This document shows, in pieces, positions 35,650-46,966 of a stretch of 64,000 nucleotides of DNA (the first letter of the stretch is position 1; each line of letters starts with the position of its first letter). Origin of the DNA: Neophaeotheca triangularis (lineage: Eukaryota); NCBI GenBank assembly GCA_054600435.1, contig BAAIJX010000010.1, positions 310,001-374,000 of the forward strand, read 5' to 3'. The notes below the pieces were generated by a model, which searched no databases, had not been told where the DNA came from, and worked only from the letters and a program-made list of their open reading frames with translations. The position numbers were made by a program, and so were the translations under genes.

Positions 35650-35953
35650 TTTGGCGGCTATGGGGGGGCTTTGCTGCGAGGTTAGTAGATGCGACTGTCC
35701 ATGGGTATAGCTGATGTCCTCTCGTTGTAGTGCCAGCGCGTTCGAGTGTTTACTTCCAAACACAGCTGATAGCGATAAGAGATAAGATAAAGGTCAGGTC
35801 TTGGCATGGCAGCGACGACCGCCCGACCTCGGGTCGGATCCAGATGACGCGACTCGACTTTTGAAGCTTTGAATTGTGCAGAGGCGCGAGAGGGGAACAT
35901 TCAATTGAATCACCAGGACAGCTACCCGACACATTACAACCCCTCCCCCAATC

Positions 35954-37197
35954 ATGTTGGCCCGCAACGCCTTGAGGTCTGCTTCCAGACCTCTCTCATC
36001 CTCAACCTTCACCCCTCTGAGAGCAGCCTCGACCTTCTCCCCCGCAGCCGTCGAAGCCATGAACCCCCACGGCGTCGAGATCTCCAAAGCCCAAAGGGTA
36101 GCCCAAGATGGCTTCGTGTCCGGTAAGAACTCCCATCACTCCTCGATCACCAACACCTACACAACAGAGCAATTGACTGATCCACCAGCCCTCCCTCAGC
36201 AATCGGCAACACCCCTCTGATCCGGCTGAAAAAGCTCTCCGAAGAAACAGGCTGCACCATCCTAGGCAAAGCCGAATTTCAAAACCCAGGTGGCAGCGTC
36301 AAAGACCGCGCCGCCCTGTACGTCGTCCAGGATGCCGAAGAGCGCGGCCTGCTCTCCCCCGGCGGGACCGTAGTGGAAGGCACGGCCGGCAACACGGGCA
36401 TCGGCCTTGCCCACGTCTGCCGCTCCAAGGGCTACAAGCTCGTCATTTACATGCCCAACACGCAGTCGCAAGGCAAGATCGACCTGTTGCGGTTGCTGGG
36501 AGCGGAGGTCTATCCTGTTCCCGCTGTCGCTTTTGAGAACCCCGACAACTACAACCACCAGGCTAAACGCCACGCTGAGCGGTTGGAGAATGCCGTTTGG
36601 ACGAACCAATTCGACAACACCGCCAACCGCAGAGCGCACATTGAGACCACTGGGCCGGAAATCTGGGCGCAGACAGAGGGCAAGCTTGACGCTTTTACGT
36701 GCGCTTCGGGTACCGCTGGGACGATTGCAGGTGTGACGAGGTATTTGAAGAGCGTAAGCGAGGGCAGGGTCAAGTGTTTTTTGGCAGACCCGCCGGGCTC
36801 GGTGCTCTACTCACACATCTCGTCTGGAGGCAAGATTGGCGAGAGGAAAGGGAGTTCCATCACGGAAGGCATTGGACAGGGCAGAGTGACAGACAACCTG
36901 AAGCCGGACATCGACTTGCTGGACGGCGCGCTGCACGTTGAGGACGCCAAGAGTATCGAGATGGTTTACAGGTGCTTGGACGAAGAGGGTCTGTACATGG
37001 GCGCCAGCAGCTGTTTGAACGTTGCCGCTGCCAAGGAGGTCGCGTTGAAGTTGGGACCGGGGCACACCGTTGTCACAATTCTCTGCGATGGCGCTTATAG
37101 GTACGCGGACCGCCTGTTCTCGAGGAAGTGGCTTGAGAGTAAGGGTCTGGTTGAGGCGATTCCGGAGCATTTGCACAAGTATATTGTGCTGGAGTAG
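35954..37197 (+). CDS. cysB: Cysteine synthase (O-acetylserine sulfhydrylase, PLP-dependent) with a mitochondrial-type presequence
   Basis: Exon 35954..36122, intron 36123..36199, exon 36200..37197. Motifs are [25 protein letters not shown] (PLP lysine), [17 protein letters not shown] and TEGIGQGR; the N-terminus is Arg/Ser/Ala-rich. Confidence 0.94.
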
Positions 37198-38808
37198 ATG
37201 CGCGTAGATTTTGAGATTGTATTGATATACTTGTGATACAGGTGTTCGTTCTCCGTGACTATTGAAGTTACCCGGCCGTGGCATCTGCGAGAACCGTTTA
37301 CAGAGCACAAAAGCGACTATCCTAGCGGTTGCTCAGCACTGCGAAATCTCTACCTAAGAAGGGACCCATGGACCTCAAGCATGACAGCACAGTTCATGTC
37401 GGTCCCCAGCTTTTTCGCTGGGGGAAAGAGAGCAGCTTTCTCTGTTTGCTGCTCGAACAAAGCCAGTAGTTCTCCACTCGGGGATACGTAAGATGTTGAA
37501 GAATCGAATGACGAAGCGAACTGAACTGACAAGCGATGCAACCGACGAAGAATCCTCAATCAAACCATTCTCAGCTGCTTACCCATCCCTGCGGGCAAAT
37601 CTCTAGGTGAGGCATGCGCAAGTCCCGGAGTCAGTGGTACTTGAGCCTTCCACGTTTTCAACCATCCATAGCCTCCAAGCACCACCACTAACCCATCACG
37701 GCAAATGGAACCGGGCCATTGCTACTTGGAAACCACAAGCTGGACGGTGCTCGAGCGAAACGTCACAGTGGATGATCGCGCCCTCAGGGTCGGCAGCTCG
37801 TGCTGCGCCCGGGGCCCGGCAATCGAGCCGTCGAGGCCTTGCAATAACACCTCTCGGCTTTCAGGGACGTTGCACATGGTTTGGGATCCCGGGTAACGAA
37901 CTGGAGGTCAACGGGTCTAGGGAAGCTCGGCCCGCATCTGGAGAGTGTGATGGGCTGGCTGGCTCCGTTCCAGTGCCGACAAAGCTGGATGGGGCCGCTC
38001 TGGCACCCCTGGGACTGCTCCTTCGTGTCTGGCACGTCGATATCTTCCAGAGAGCGTAGGCACGTGGTTATTGGAAGCTGGCGGCGGTTGCTTGGTATCG
38101 AAACAACGACATGATGCCTATCTTGCCTGTAGTACAGAAAGCTCCCATCGACGAGAAGAATAGTATGATGGGTGGAGAGGCGTTTGCGTCTTCTTGTCAG
38201 CGTGTTCAGAACTACTTACGAAAGGCCATGACAACGGCGATGAAGGCTCTGGGACACTTGACGATACCCCAGTGCTTGCTGAGAGGCAGGTAAAGGGGAG
38301 TTTAAGACACACCCCGAGAGCCTCCCGGCGCGCGACGCCAGACTCTAGAGAACGAAGCGTGGAAAAGGGGCTCAGATCTGCAGTCGCCTTCATGAACAGT
38401 TGCAATGAAACATCTGCCGTTGGACCGCCTTTGCCATTCCCGTGCCTAGAGTATCGAATTCCATCTGAGCGCACGTTCTTATACGAGGTACTGGACGTGG
38501 ATGCAAGCTCTTTCGTACGTACATGCGGGCGCGAAGAGAACCCTTTTCCTCGCCTAGCCCTAGCGATAGGAGCTGCACTAAGCCCAGCAGCTCCTGCGGA
38601 CACTGAGCTGGGTCGCCATGAGTCACGCTCGAACTGTCCGGGGCACTGCTAGCGTATATAACTGTAAACTAAAAAATTGAGATCATGGGTGCCGACTGGG
38701 AATGTGCCCCTCGTCTGGGTTGAGTGCAAGACGTCTCCCTGGCGATGGGTGATTTAGGAGTGATCGCGGTGCGGCATCCGGCCCAGTAAGCAGTCTTTTT
38801 AAGCACTG

Positions 38809-40790
38809 TCAATCGTGACCATCCATTCGCCTGAAGCGTTGCACGCCATTGTGATCTTGCACCAACAGCCCCCTCATTTGCTCCGACTGGTCTTCAACCT
38901 CTTTCCACGTAGCGGCGCGTAGGTTCTTGTAATCCCAACCATCTAGAGCGATGAGGAGTGGCACGATGGCTGAAGACTTCTAGGCAAGCACTCCGGCTCT
39001 TTTGGGGTGTACTAAGGTGATTAGCAAGAAAGCAATGCCCATTGTCACTTGTGCTAGAGGGAGGGATATCCATGGCCAGTGGACATTGATCCATTGTTCG
39101 TTGTCGATGGTTTCGCCTTGCACAATCTCAGCGCTTTTCGATTGCCCGAGCTGGTACGTCATGCTGTTGGTTATGTTGGCTATAGTGCCCATCAAGTCGG
39201 TCGAATTGAATAGTCGCCAACCATAATCTCCTCTTCCGATAGGAGCACCAAATAACTCCACTAAAAAAGACCTTGTCCGATACCAATCTATCGGGATGAC
39301 GCTAAAAGTTCTGTTCTCAAGGGATGCATTTACGAGCAAAAGATGTGCGTCAAGATTCGATCTTGTGTCTGCGGGCTCAAGGTATTGCCAATTGTCCTCT
39401 GGTTCGACGTCGCGAGGAATAGGGATTGGAGAAAGCTCAAAATCTTTGCTGACTCCGGCATTGAAGATACCATTGCGCACCGAGGTGTCCCTCATGACTC
39501 GAACAACCCATCGCACATCACACTCTATGACTCCTGGTGCGTCGTAGGTGAACGGTGAAGAAAGTTTTGCCAAGGCGAAAGTCACTAAGGAGCTGTTGGG
39601 TAACAACCCGAGGGGGTAAACCGATTCGGCGCGAATCGAAGTTATCCATTCTCCCAGCACATTTCGTGCTCCGCGAACATTCGCTAGCTCATGGCCGGAA
39701 GGCGTGGTATGGTTGCACAAAACTGTTTTCTCCGGGCAAACCGTCACAACTTCAGATGTGACATTTCTACAGACGCTTGCAACAGCCAAAGTTGTGAACA
39801 CACTCCATTGACAATTCGCTGTCCTGCATTGGAACGGGATAGGTGAGCTCAAATTGTAGAGCCCGTTGAGGATGGCACCTTGCATTCCAGGATCCATGAA
39901 TGTGTCTGGTTACTGTGTTAGCGATCTCAGTGCCACGTGCGTCGAGATCTTGAAGTGGTTCTCCCCACCCTACCTTGAAAGCGGAGTCCAATACCGCTGG
40001 TAGACCTTTTCACTCCAGAGTCATACGTCTGACTCCTATAAACTATTGCGCCTAATGGCTCGTAAAGCTTCCTCGAGGGGTAAGAAACCAGCTGCTGTGC
40101 AAGAGGCCCCATAGCAAGCGAGACGATTGTGATGATAGCTCCCCAGGCTGCCAGCTTAGTCCTGAAATGCAGTCTCCAGATTAACCCTAGCGAGCCCCAA
40201 GGTCCGCGACTAGCATCGTCGAAGGTCTGAATCTCCCGCAAAGGCCGGGGCGAATGCATAAGGTGGATCCATTTCAGCTGACTGATGCATGACGCAACTG
40301 GGATGATGAGTGCAGTCCTCGACAAGGTTGACAGAAGGGCGACGAGCGTATTCATTTTCATGTCGTATGGGGCTTCCCAACTTGAGAGAGCCTTGTCTTG
40401 AAATCTTATCAATAGGACTATGACGGCGACGACGCAAGCGAGGCTGAAGACAGCGGCCACGAACTCCCACTGCCAATCCCTTAAGCTGAACCTGGCCGGG
40501 GTTCGCGGTCGAGCACTAGCTTCATCATCCACGTGATGGTCGTAGGCGCCTTGTAACTTGGGTTGCTTCGGCTCCGTAGGCAGAGTGTCTGTGTCTTCTT
40601 GGTCTGAAATGGAAGCGCGGTTACGGTCGTTGATTGGGGAGAGACTGCTGAAGTCGCGATCCGAGACATCAAAGGAGAATCTTCGATCGTCGTTGTGCGG
40701 ACTGTAGTCTGTTCGAGCAATGTTCTCGAGCGGGAGGTATTCGTGTCCTTGGCCTTGAGAGTACGACTGCTCGTTGCTTGATGAAGCCAT
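38809..40790 (-). pseudogene. DUF3176-family membrane protein with a premature TAG at the conserved W of the C-terminal WKSS motif
   Basis: Exon 39974..40790 (WQWE…, VASCISQLKW, FDDASRGPWGSL, GPLAQQLV), intron 39906..39973, exon 2 in frame (INVHWPWISLP). TAG at 38980..38982 is followed in frame by KSSAIVPLL… for 56 more codons to TGA at 38809. Confidence 0.8.
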
Positions 40791-42051
40791 GATGTCCGGG
40801 ATGTTCTTCTAACAAACGAAGCAGGCGAGGTAAATAGGGACGAAGAGCGCAGGACGCAACGCTACATCGTGGGCACTATATGTCAATTAAAATGAAGCTG
40901 CCTCGAGCAGGTCGTGGGAGAATCTCTAGGCGAAAGCGGCTGAGTTGCATAAAGGTTGCCTTGGATTGGTTCGTGTTGAAGCCACAGCGCCTAAGAAGAA
41001 TCCTTGGAGAACTTCACCGGTCGTGTGCTGCACGAATGGCAGTGCCACGTTATAGAATGTGTTTGTAGTATACCTACCTCCTTTCATAATACCTTACCTC
41101 AATATAACGCTGACTCTTGCAAGTTAAGCTGCGTTAGGAGATGCCTGTGTAGTTTCCGAACGTTTCGTGGCAAAGCAGCCTCCTTAAAAGCAATGCCTTC
41201 AGGTTTTTATGCCAGTCAGATTTGCTGGGGTCAAATGTGAGTTGGCCGACTGTTGCGCTTCGATGGGCGTGGATCGGGTGTTGAATAGGAGAGAGCTATC
41301 TACCGAGCTGTGCGATCGAAGGTGAGTTCGTCCGGCCTTGGCCGAGACGGGGAAATGCATGCCTGAGGCATCAATAAAACCACACTATACGTATACATCA
41401 GGCACGTGATCAGGGCACGAGATATCTTAGCAGTGTTACTAATTTGTTCTAGAAGCCGTCGATTGAGGCTTCTAGGCCTGTCGGAGAAGATGTCCCTAGC
41501 GACCCGCCACTGCCGGCCAAGCCTGCTTCTGCTTCTGCTTCTGCTTCTGCTTTCTTTTGTGGGGGAGGAGAGCCAGCGGGTCCAAGAATAAACCCCAACA
41601 GTGGACACACGACGCCATCTGTGCTCCTGGGGGAAAGGACATTTTCTGGCTAAAGGCTGAACAAAACCGACGCTGAATCTGCTCTTGTCTGCTTCTTTTC
41701 CTTGCTTTTCACCAAACAACCCACTCTCACCTTACACTCGCTACCCTACCTCGCCCTTGTCTTATTACTGTGTTTGTCCGGCTGCTGAGACCAAGAAATC
41801 ATCCGGACTTTTCGTGGCATTCAATACCTGAGCCAAGTGCGAGGCGTCAGGCGCAACACGTACTCCTCTTTCCACCGCTCCCGTATTATCCGGCAACACA
41901 TCCTCCCATTTCGGCTCTCTCTCCTCACTTTTGCAATCAAATACCGGCGCAAACACACATTACTAGCGAGCAAACAAATCACAGCCCAGACCACGACGAC
42001 CGTCAAAACATCTCTTACACGACGACGACGACCACCACATCAATCGCCACA

Positions 42052-42549
42052 ATGTTCCCAGCCGATTCTCTCCCCCTGACCTATTACGAAGACCGCGCAG
42101 CCGCCGAACAAGCCCGCCGCACTGCCGCACCACCACCAACCTCCGCTCCCGCCAAGTCCACACCGCACAATCTCACCCCAGCAACTCAACGCCCGAAACT
42201 CGCACACTCGCAAACTAGCCCATACCTCCAAAACGCCCCCCCAGCAGTCCGTCCACCGCTTTCACGCGGCCACTCCTCCACTTCCACCTCCGGCGGCTTC
42301 CTCGGAACCGTCTACCAAGGTTTCGTGAAAGCGAACTCGACATGCAACACTCCGCCCACGGGAGGCAATTACACGCCCATGCGCTTGCATCAATTGCAGA
42401 AAGCCAAGGCGCAGAACCAGGGTGTCGAGGCGGACGCGCTTAAGGAGGCATTGTTGGAGGAGAAGAGGCGCATGCTCAGTGAGAGGGATAATGAGAGGTT
42501 GAGGGAGAGGACGCGGGATGCGGATATTTGCACGTATCCTAGTTGGTGA
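42052..42549 (+). CDS. Small hypothetical protein (165 aa, P/S/T-rich with a charged helical C-terminus)
   Basis: ATG in good context (ACAATGT) at 42052, coding-like codon use, and the same C-rich to G-rich pattern as neighbouring real genes. Confidence 0.6.
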   Translation: MFPADSLPLTYYEDRAAAEQARRTAAPPPTSAPAKSTPHNLTPATQRPKLAHSQTSPYLQNAPPAVRPPLSRGHSSTSTSGGFLGTVYQGFVKANSTCNTPPTGGNYTPMRLHQLQKAKAQNQGVEADALKEALLEEKRRMLSERDNERLRERTRDADICTYPSW

Positions 42550-43212
42550 GCGACAGCCTTTCCTCGAAGAGATGGGAGAGTGCAATTCGTCATGATTTTG
42601 CGATTGAAAGAGACGACGGTGTAATTTTGTGGATTTTGTTCTGTTAGCATAGGCGCTGCGGCGTGGGATTTGGCTTGATGGGAGGATTGGACGGCACCCG
42701 GGTTCTTCACGAAGAGACGACCGTCATGAATATTTGATTTGTACTTTGGACCTGGGAGGCAACGGCGTATCTGCAACTGTGACTGCACTGTTTGGAATGG
42801 CTACGAAGACCCAGTAGGAAAGCGAGGACCAGACAATGGCGTTTGGCGACTTTTCTCGAAACTTTGCGCGACTTTGCCAACGAGCACGAGATAATCTTCC
42901 GATTTGGTACGACTCAATATGCAATCTCAAACGACTCCCCCGTCTATCGGTAGTGCCACCAACGGTTCGGTAGGTGTACAAAGCAAGGGACAGGTGACCA
43001 CAGCAACCCTTGCATTCCAACGTCAAGCTGTCCTCTGAGTTTGCTAATACACACGTATGCGATCGTTCGTAACGGGGAGGATCGCCATGATAATATAGTC
43101 ATCTAAAATCTCATGTCGAGAAGACACATCCACTCACATCTAGGTGCCACGCGAGGCCACCTTCAACCCAGCGTCGCAGATCCGTCTCAGCCCCTGAGGA
43201 ATTGCGCACACC

Positions 43213-44937
43213 ATGGCAGACTCAAAGGGGCCTTCCATTCTCCGTCGCAAACCTCGCTCAACGCCTACCGGCCTTGCTCCTGATCCCCTCAACATTGTCA
43301 TCCTTGGAGCCTCCTATGGCGGTCTCTCGTGCGCGCACCACTTCCTCGACGAAACCATCTCCCGCTTAGAATCGACTACAGGCGCACCCACCTATCGCCT
43401 CGTTCTTATCTCACCGAGCACACACCTCTATTGGAACATCGGCGCCCCGCGCGCACTCGTGAAACCTGGTCTGATGAAAGAAGAGGATCTCTTCGCCCCG
43501 ATCGAACCTGGCTTCCACCGTCATCGCGGCATGCCTTTCCTCTTCATCCAAGGCGAAGCAAAAAAGCTCGACCCTACGACCAAAACCCTCACGATCGAAT
43601 GCATTACCAACGCCGAGCGCAAACGCATATCATCTGTGCTTAGAACCGAAACCCCTTCCTCTACAACCACTACCAACCCGTCAGAGCCAACCCCCGTCCT
43701 CAACGAAAAAGGCGAATACCCCAACCCCAAACTCTGCACCCTCCCCTACCACGCCGTAATCTGCGCAACCGGCAGCAGCGCCCACTCCGACCTCCTAACC
43801 CTCCACGGCCCCCACACCAGCACCATAGGCGCACTCCAGAGCTTCCACACCCGCGTCTCCAGCGCCCGCACAATCCTCATCTGCGGCGGCGGCCCCAGCG
43901 GCGTCGAAACCGCCTCCCAACTAAGCACACACTACAACCACAAAACCCTCTCCCCCTTACTCCCACTCCGCCGCCGCCTCCCCAAAGAATCCCGCAAACA
44001 AATCATCCTCGTAACCTCCAACTCCCGCCTGCTCCCACAACTGCAACCGTCCCTCTCGGCCAGCGCGCTCAAACACCTCCAAAACCTCGGCATCGACGTC
44101 CGCTTCGGCGTGCGAGTCGAAAAAGTCGAAGAAGAATTCGACCTGACGGGCCAAACCCGCGTCTCGCTCAGCGGCGAAGCCGAAATGATCGTAGACGCCT
44201 ACGTAGCCTGCACGGGCGTCACACCCAACAGCTCCTACCTGCCGCGCAACCTGGTGGACGAGAAAGGCAGAGTCAACTGCCACTCGCAAACGCTGCGGGT
44301 CCAGAACACCAATTTCCCCAACCCCATGGCGACGGCGATGCGGAATCTGACGGCCGTGGGTCGCGCGGCCGACGCGGGGCTCGCCGCGACCGATGCCGAG
44401 ACCACGACGCTGCACCCGGAGAGAGTGTACGCCGTGGGTGATTGTGCGCGCTACAGCCGCAAGTACCTGCCAGATGTCTACGCGGCCGTGCCGACCGTGA
44501 TGCAGAATCTGCTCGTCGACTTGCTGCGGTATGAGACTGAAAGCACCGCCATCTCCTCTCCTGCGACTGTCGCCGTCGACGGTGATGATGATGATGATGA
44601 TGGTGATGGTGATGATGACTCCCCGCTGAAAGATTCCCACTACCGTCCCCCCTGCGCTCCCGAGGAGTTTATAGATTTACAGCTCTGTCCCACGACGCGG
44701 TTTGGGGGGTTGGGGGTTTTGTGGGGTTGGGCGGTTCCCGGGTGGGTTGTTTGGGTTCTAAAGGGGAGGGATTATCGGACGCGGAAGATTGGGAGGGTTG
44801 TGGGTGAGGGGGGGAGTCCGTATGTTTTTGGCGGGGTTGGGGGGAGGTATGGGGGGCTGGGGCAGAAGGGGGGTGAGGGGAGGGAGGAGGAGGGGGAGGG
44901 GGATTGGGGGAGGAGGGTTGGGGTGGGGAGGGGGTAA
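43213..44937 (+). CDS. FAD/NAD(P)-dependent oxidoreductase, AIF/AMID (FSP1)-like
   Basis: FAD motif IVILGASYGG, WNIGAPRAL, YHAVICATGS, NAD motif ILICGGGPSGVE, CTGVTPNS and RVYAVGD. Confidence 0.88.
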   Translation: MADSKGPSILRRKPRSTPTGLAPDPLNIVILGASYGGLSCAHHFLDETISRLESTTGAPTYRLVLISPSTHLYWNIGAPRALVKPGLMKEEDLFAPIEPGFHRHRGMPFLFIQGEAKKLDPTTKTLTIECITNAERKRISSVLRTETPSSTTTTNPSEPTPVLNEKGEYPNPKLCTLPYHAVICATGSSAHSDLLTLHGPHTSTIGALQSFHTRVSSARTILICGGGPSGVETASQLSTHYNHKTLSPLLPLRRRLPKESRKQIILVTSNSRLLPQLQPSLSASALKHLQNLGIDVRFGVRVEKVEEEFDLTGQTRVSLSGEAEMIVDAYVACTGVTPNSSYLPRNLVDEKGRVNCHSQTLRVQNTNFPNPMATAMRNLTAVGRAADAGLAATDAETTTLHPERVYAVGDCARYSRKYLPDVYAAVPTVMQNLLVDLLRYETESTAISSPATVAVDGDDDDDDGDGDDDSPLKDSHYRPPCAPEEFIDLQLCPTTRFGGLGVLWGWAVPGWVVWVLKGRDYRTRKIGRVVGEGGSPYVFGGVGGRYGGLGQKGGEGREEEGEGDWGRRVGVGRG

Positions 44938-45653
44938 CTCTGGGCGGAATGGGGATGCGCGGAGGCGTTACGGTTGGGAGTGATGGTAAATTGTGGGTGG
45001 AGAGATGGTGGGGTGTTTGGTTTTGCTTGGATGTGAGTTTTGGCTTGGAGTCGGTTTTGTCGGCCGGGAGATTGGCCGCGATCTCCTTTACTTCTGCTTT
45101 CGGGGCTTGTAGCAATTACATCTGGGTCTCTTCGAAACCCTTGGTATAACAGCTCTCCACGGCTTCGAATCGAGAGTCAGAAAGACCTACCGTAGAAGAG
45201 GTGCCTACACCTGAATTGATACAGTCTTACAATCGCTACTACACCTGATCCGATCACCCACTCCACCACATTGTCCCATCTCGCATGCGTTGTAGTCGGG
45301 CGCTCCGATGTGAAGAGGGTGGTTTAGAACGGTGCCCAGGTGCCCAACAGCCGCGTCCGCGGAACGAAGCTCTTGGCGAGCGGAGTAACATGCCTACCAG
45401 ATCTAAACCGAACAAATAACGTGAATCCGATCGTTTCTTGAGTTTGGGGGAATAAGCATTGCCTTGGCGGCGACCGATGATGGAAATGGGTCTGCTGATC
45501 AGGTAGAGGTAGAGGAGAAGCACGGAGTACAAAAGCGTCTTTTTCGCCCTTCTACGTCGCGTGCTTGCATTTGATGTTCGCCTGTCACCTGGTCCAGTGC
45601 TGCATCCAATGGTATCTTACCCAAATCAACGGCGGAAGAGTTCAGAGGTCAAC

Positions 45654-46891
45654 ATGAAGCGACGGAATTTGATCTCCATCATCGCGTCGCTGGCGGCGAC
45701 CGTTCCGACAGCCCAAGCACAACAAACTCAAGTCCCCATCGAGGACCAAATCATCGACGACGGCAACATAGTAGTCCCCCTTCGCACCTGCGCCGACATG
45801 GCCTGTAGCGATCGGACCTCCTGGGACACGGCGGGAGCATGCATGCAAAGCGAATACTACGGCGTAGGCGTCGGTATCTACCCGGAAGCCGTCAACATCA
45901 GCTCAAACACGAGTCTCTCGCTCACCCTTATTAACGGCGTCACGGAGGCTGTCATCTGGCAGGAAGATGACTTGGAAGAACGCGATGATGCGGATGGTGG
46001 CTTGACCGTATTCAATCCGACGGCGCTCAAGCACGAGCTGTACGTCGGCGCGCCCGCGGGTTTGGATTTGCGAGAGGCCGACCCAGGCTGCGCGTTGATG
46101 ATACTGGCGTATGGGCAGCCGTTGCCGCTCAGTAGACTGAGTGTAGGCTATAATCCTGCGCAAAACCCCAATCTCAACATTACGGAATTCCAAGACGAAG
46201 TCAGTGCAATAGTTAACAACACCTCGTACTGCCCGGCCAGACATTCTTACTTTAGAATAGCAGACCTCACGCGCGAATTCCGATATGGGGGCAATGAACA
46301 GCTTCCTCGCTGTCAGGCTCTGGCGGCGTATGTGAGCGAGCGACTGCGCGAGGCTGCGTTCAATTTTTTTTTGGCGGCCAGTTTCAAACCGTCACTCGGT
46401 GGAATACGCCGATTCAAGTCATCGGCGGCGCGATCTCAGGACCGGACGCTTCGAGAGAACCGCGGGGGCCGGTAGAGTCGTACGGCGGCGGACGTCAAAC
46501 GAGCCTAGATGACTCTCAGACTGGTCCGGAAATTGGGAGTGAAGAGTGTCGCCCGGTGTTGCCGGAGAGCTATAGTCTCTACAACGTTTCACTGGCTAAT
46601 GTTGACATGTACATCAGCGAGGCCGGAAACGCTTTGGAGAATATCGGGGAGTTCGCCCCCTTAGGAGGGCGCAATGGCTCGACCTTGGTCTACACGGCTG
46701 TGTACCATGACGGAGATGATGAGGACCCAGACGTGCAGTTTCTGTGCATGGAGACGAAGGATCCCTCGGGAGGGGAACTGCCGTTTCAAGAGTTCTTTTA
46801 CGATAGGTCCTCCGGTCATAGATTCGGAGGGTCAGCGCCCTTGTTTGCTGTTGTTACTGCTGGATTCGCCGCTCTTGCTTTGCAGTCTTGA
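45654..46891 (+). pseudogene. Secreted, probably GPI-anchored Cys-containing protein split by a frameshift at a T9 run (real lesion or sequencing error)
   Basis: Signal peptide MKRRNLISIIASLAATVPTAQA. After T9 at 46364..46372 a second frame is open from 46373 (GGQFQTVTRW…CRPVLPESY…) to a hydrophobic tail (SSGHRFGGSAPLFAVVTAGFAALALQS*) at 46891. Confidence 0.7.
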
Positions 46892-46966
46892 GCCCTCACT
46901 AGATTCTCGCCGACCGAGTAGAGTAGCAGCCATTAGAGATGCTGTGGCGCATCCAGCACCCGCGCT

